This document shows, one piece after another, positions 60,567 through 64,000 of a stretch of DNA of 64,000 nucleotides (its first letter is position 1; the number at the start of each line of letters is the position of its first letter). The notes under the pieces are model-generated. The model had not been told where the DNA came from. It worked only from the letters and a program-made list of their open reading frames with translations, and made no database searches. Source of the DNA: a bacterium (GTDB taxonomy: Bacteria; JAMCPX01); NCBI GenBank assembly GCA_037439545.1, contig JBBIVV010000003.1, positions 1-64,000 on the forward strand. The letters run 5' to 3'. A program made the translations under genes and the position numbers.

Positions 60567-62417
60567 ATGTCTTCACATATAACGGAAACAAAAAGCGACA
60601 TAAAGTATTATATCGATATACTCTATCAACGCCGGCTGCTTATTGCTGTCGTGTTTGTCGTTACCATGGTCATGATAATAATTGCCTATGCAGTAACGCC
60701 TCCGATGTATACGGGTAAGACAAAGCTGCTGATAGAGCCGGAGCATTACACAAGCCTCAATACGAACAATACGGATCAAAACCAGCAATCCTTTTATTTT
60801 CAAACACAGCTCGAACTTATGAGAAGCGAGCCGGTGATACATCTTGCAGCACAGAGCCTCGGCTTCCAGAAAGGAACAAAAGAGTTTTATGAAACGACCG
60901 GAAAACTGAGAAAAGACCTCCGTGTTGACCGTATTCAGGATTCAAGGATATTCACCATCTCAATAAAATCTCATAGTCCCGCATTTGCCGCCCGGGCTGC
61001 AAATGCCATAGCCGACAGCTACATAAGATTTTTAGACGAGCAGAGGAAGAAGCGTATAAGCGATATTACACTGTGGCTGCAGGGAGAGCTGACATCACTG
61101 AAAAATAAGGTCGAAAGCTCGGAGATGAAACTCATAAAATATGTCGAAGATAAGGAGACCAGCAACAGCAGTGATACTTTTATGTTTCTCGGAGGACCTG
61201 ACAACAATACAGGTGCAAAAGCCCTGTCCGAGCTCGAAACGAAGTATATTACGCTCCAGATAGAACTTACGAATATGCTTCAGAAATACAAAGATAAATA
61301 TCCTTTAGTCGTTCAGTTACGAAATGATCTGAAAGCACTCAATATAAGAATAAACATGATGAAGCAGGCAATGCTTGAAGCAAATAAAAGCCGGATACAG
61401 TATGTCATGCTGAGCAGGGATGCGGAATTGAGCAAGGATCTCTACAGCATGCTCACCAAGGAATTGAAAGAGGTGGACGTTTTCGGGGAGATCGGTTACC
61501 CCACAGCAACAATCCTAGAACATGCCGGTATACCGACCGGCAGATCGGACCAGGGATTTATGTTCTGGCTGTTGTTCGGCTTAATAGCGTCGACACTGAC
61601 CGGCGTCGTGTCTGCAATGATTGCCGATCAATTGGACAATAGTATCAAAGGAGAAACGGACATAGAGCGGTTTGTGAAGTATCCTATTATTGGTGCACTG
61701 CCGTTTCTTGAAGAGCTCAAAAACAGCGAACCTCATAAGCTTTTAGGCTTGCTGAACAGCACGACATCCCAGATTTATGCCGAGGCATTGAGACTTATCA
61801 GGACAAACCTTAAGTATTCTTTTGTCACGAAATCAGGCAGGGTATTGTTGGTCACCTCGACCGGAGAAAATGAAGGGAAAACAACCATGTCGACGAGTCT
61901 TGCGTATATACTGTCCATTACAGGGTCAAAGGTCCTGCTCCTCGATGCCGATGTCAAGAAACCGACGATACATAAGCTGTTCGACACCGAACGTATACCC
62001 GGGTATACAGAGCTGCTGATAGAAGAAAAAAATTCTATTATGGATGTAATCAAACAGAGCAGTTATAGTTCGCTTTATTATCTTACCTCCGGCAGACAAC
62101 CGCCCAACTTTGCTGAGCTGCTCGACTCTCCGCGATCGAAGGAATTCATAGAGATGCTGAGGAGCAATTTCGATTATGTTATAATAGATTCACCTCCGGT
62201 CGGTATCGTTTCTGATGCCGCTATACTGTCATCACAGGTCGATGGTATACTCTTTGTCATTAAGGCCAACGGATATCCGAGGGAGCACATTATGAGGAGC
62301 ATTAAAGCCTTGTCCGGGATCAATGCGAAGATAGCAGGTATCGTCTTGACGCATCTTGATAAGGGTAAGGGGTATTACAGAGATTATTACTACAGCAAAG
62401 GTTATTATCATGAATGA
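60567..62417 (+). CDS. wzc: Polysaccharide co-polymerase/tyrosine kinase Wzc
   Basis: Two TM, EA.R.IRTNL, VTS....EGKTT, DAD, IIDSPP, Tyr cluster GYYRDYYYSKGYY. Confidence 0.9.
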   Translation: MSSHITETKSDIKYYIDILYQRRLLIAVVFVVTMVMIIIAYAVTPPMYTGKTKLLIEPEHYTSLNTNNTDQNQQSFYFQTQLELMRSEPVIHLAAQSLGFQKGTKEFYETTGKLRKDLRVDRIQDSRIFTISIKSHSPAFAARAANAIADSYIRFLDEQRKKRISDITLWLQGELTSLKNKVESSEMKLIKYVEDKETSNSSDTFMFLGGPDNNTGAKALSELETKYITLQIELTNMLQKYKDKYPLVVQLRNDLKALNIRINMMKQAMLEANKSRIQYVMLSRDAELSKDLYSMLTKELKEVDVFGEIGYPTATILEHAGIPTGRSDQGFMFWLLFGLIASTLTGVVSAMIADQLDNSIKGETDIERFVKYPIIGALPFLEELKNSEPHKLLGLLNSTTSQIYAEALRLIRTNLKYSFVTKSGRVLLVTSTGENEGKTTMSTSLAYILSITGSKVLLLDADVKKPTIHKLFDTERIPGYTELLIEEKNSIMDVIKQSSYSSLYYLTSGRQPPNFAELLDSPRSKEFIEMLRSNFDYVIIDSPPVGIVSDAAILSSQVDGILFVIKANGYPREHIMRSIKALSGINAKIAGIVLTHLDKGKGYYRDYYYSKGYYHE

Positions 62418-62475
62418 CGAACCCAAAAAATGCGTATGCAAAACGGAAAAGTGTGCGTAAAGCGGTTCTTCAGGC

Positions 62476-63666
62476 TTACTCAAATATGATTCTTATCTGC
62501 TTCCTTCTGCCTGCCTGTAGTATATAACTGCCCTTTGCATCTATTTTAGAGAATATGTTGTTCACGGCTGCGTTATTTATGGTAACGCCGCCTCCCTGGA
62601 TAAGACGTTTCGCTTCTGATTTACTCGGGACAAGAGCGGCATCTACAAGGAGCTGATAGACAAAAGCAGGCCCGGTGGTCGAGCTGAGCTTAAGCTCTTC
62701 AAGTTTATCGGGTACTTCTTTTTTTGAAAACACTTTTTCGAACACTTCTTGTGCATGATGTGCGTCGGCTTCTGAGTAAAACTTTTTGCAGATCATGAAA
62801 GCAAGCCGCTTCTTTATCTCCATGGGATTTGTCTCCCTTTGTCGTGTGTGTGCTTTTAATGTATTTATATCGTCCCGGGACATCTCCGTCAGGAGTTCAT
62901 AGTAAGTCCACATAAGTTCATCACTGATACTCATGATCTTTCCGAATATCATATCAACCGGTTCGTCAATGCCTATATAATTTCCATAGGACTTGCTCAT
63001 CTTTTTGATACCGTCGAGTCCGGGCAGCAGGGGCATGGTAAGGACCACCTGGGCAGGCTGGTTGTAAGCCTCTTGGAGGACCCTCCCGACAAGTAGGTTA
63101 AACTTCTGGTCCGAGCCTCCGATCTCAACGTCCGCGTGAAGCATAACAGAGTCATAACCCTGCATCAGGGGGTAGAGCAGCTCATGGATGCCGATAGGCT
63201 TTTTTTCTGAATACCGTTTCGTAAAATCGTCTCTTTCAAGCAGTCTTGCAACGGTATATTTCGATGCAATTCTTATCAATTCCATCATATCGAGCTTTAA
63301 AAACCATTCGGAATTATAATGTACTTCTGTCTTTGACGGATCAAGGATCTTAAAGGCCTGTTTCATGTATGTCTGTGCATTTTCATGGACCTGTTCCTGA
63401 GAGAGCTGGGGCCTTGTCACGGACACGCCCGTAGGATCACCTATCATTGCCGTAAAATCACCGATAAGAAAAATAACGGTGTGTCCCGCAATCTGGAAAT
63501 GTCTTAATTTCTCCATCAATACCGTGTGCCCGAGATGGATATCCGCTGAAGTCGGATCAAACCCTGCTTTTACTCTGAGAGGTTTTTTTGATGCAATCCG
63601 CTTCTTTAATTCTTCTTTTTGAATTATCTCGACAGCGCCTTTTTCTATAAGGGATAATGGTTCCAT
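62476..63666 (-). CDS. tyrS: Tyrosyl-tRNA synthetase
   Basis: GFDPT..D.HLGH, YPL.Q.YD, GG.DQ.FN, KMSKS, S4 domain. Confidence 0.97.
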   Translation of the reverse strand: MEPLSLIEKGAVEIIQKEELKKRIASKKPLRVKAGFDPTSADIHLGHTVLMEKLRHFQIAGHTVIFLIGDFTAMIGDPTGVSVTRPQLSQEQVHENAQTYMKQAFKILDPSKTEVHYNSEWFLKLDMMELIRIASKYTVARLLERDDFTKRYSEKKPIGIHELLYPLMQGYDSVMLHADVEIGGSDQKFNLLVGRVLQEAYNQPAQVVLTMPLLPGLDGIKKMSKSYGNYIGIDEPVDMIFGKIMSISDELMWTYYELLTEMSRDDINTLKAHTRQRETNPMEIKKRLAFMICKKFYSEADAHHAQEVFEKVFSKKEVPDKLEELKLSSTTGPAFVYQLLVDAALVPSKSEAKRLIQGGGVTINNAAVNNIFSKIDAKGSYILQAGRRKQIRIIFE

Positions 63667-63706
63667 AGTTATTTTTTATATATGCGGTTTTCTGTCATAA
63701 GATATG

Positions 63707-63736
63707 AAAAAGGACGGTCACCATGACCGTCCTTTT
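63707..63736 (-). terminator. Intrinsic terminator after the ferredoxin gene
   Basis: AAAAGGACGGTCA-CCA-TGACCGTCCTTTT. Confidence 0.8.
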
Positions 63737-63741
63737 ATTGT

Positions 63742-63957
<216 letters not shown>

Positions 63958-64000
63958 TTAATATTTTAAACATCATTTTTTTAACATCTCTGCATATTCA

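Overview
Gene-dense bacterial chromosomal window with about 57 CDS and no rRNA, tRNA, CRISPR array, transposase or phage genes that I can see. Gene content suggests a diderm deltaproteobacterium-like lineage (inference): LpxH, TolC, an ATPase-less MshEN protein, an FHA-GAF cyclase, paired ArsA-like ATPases and an OPX/beta-barrel pair. Housekeeping genes include lon, thiL, rnc, apt, murJ, tatA, lpxH, hemW, groEL (no adjacent groES), tyrS and a ferredoxin. Envelope and accessory modules include a nucleotide-sugar operon led by a LysM protein and an ECF sigma/anti-sigma/CpxP-like/TolC-MacAB cassette with internal GGAAC promoters and REP-like palindromes. The most unusual region is 54.2-62.4 kb. 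A tandemly duplicated secreted protein of unknown function is present as one intact copy behind a sigma70-like leaderless promoter and one copy split into two separately secreted proteins behind a canonical sigma54 promoter. The split copy heads an operon with two PelC/CsgG-like proteins (one fused to LytR_C), an outer-membrane beta-barrel, a non-lipoprotein OPX and a Wzc. This looks like a hybrid polysaccharide/surface-layer export system. Many genes also appear to be transcribed leaderless. All product calls come from motif recognition by eye; no database searches were run.
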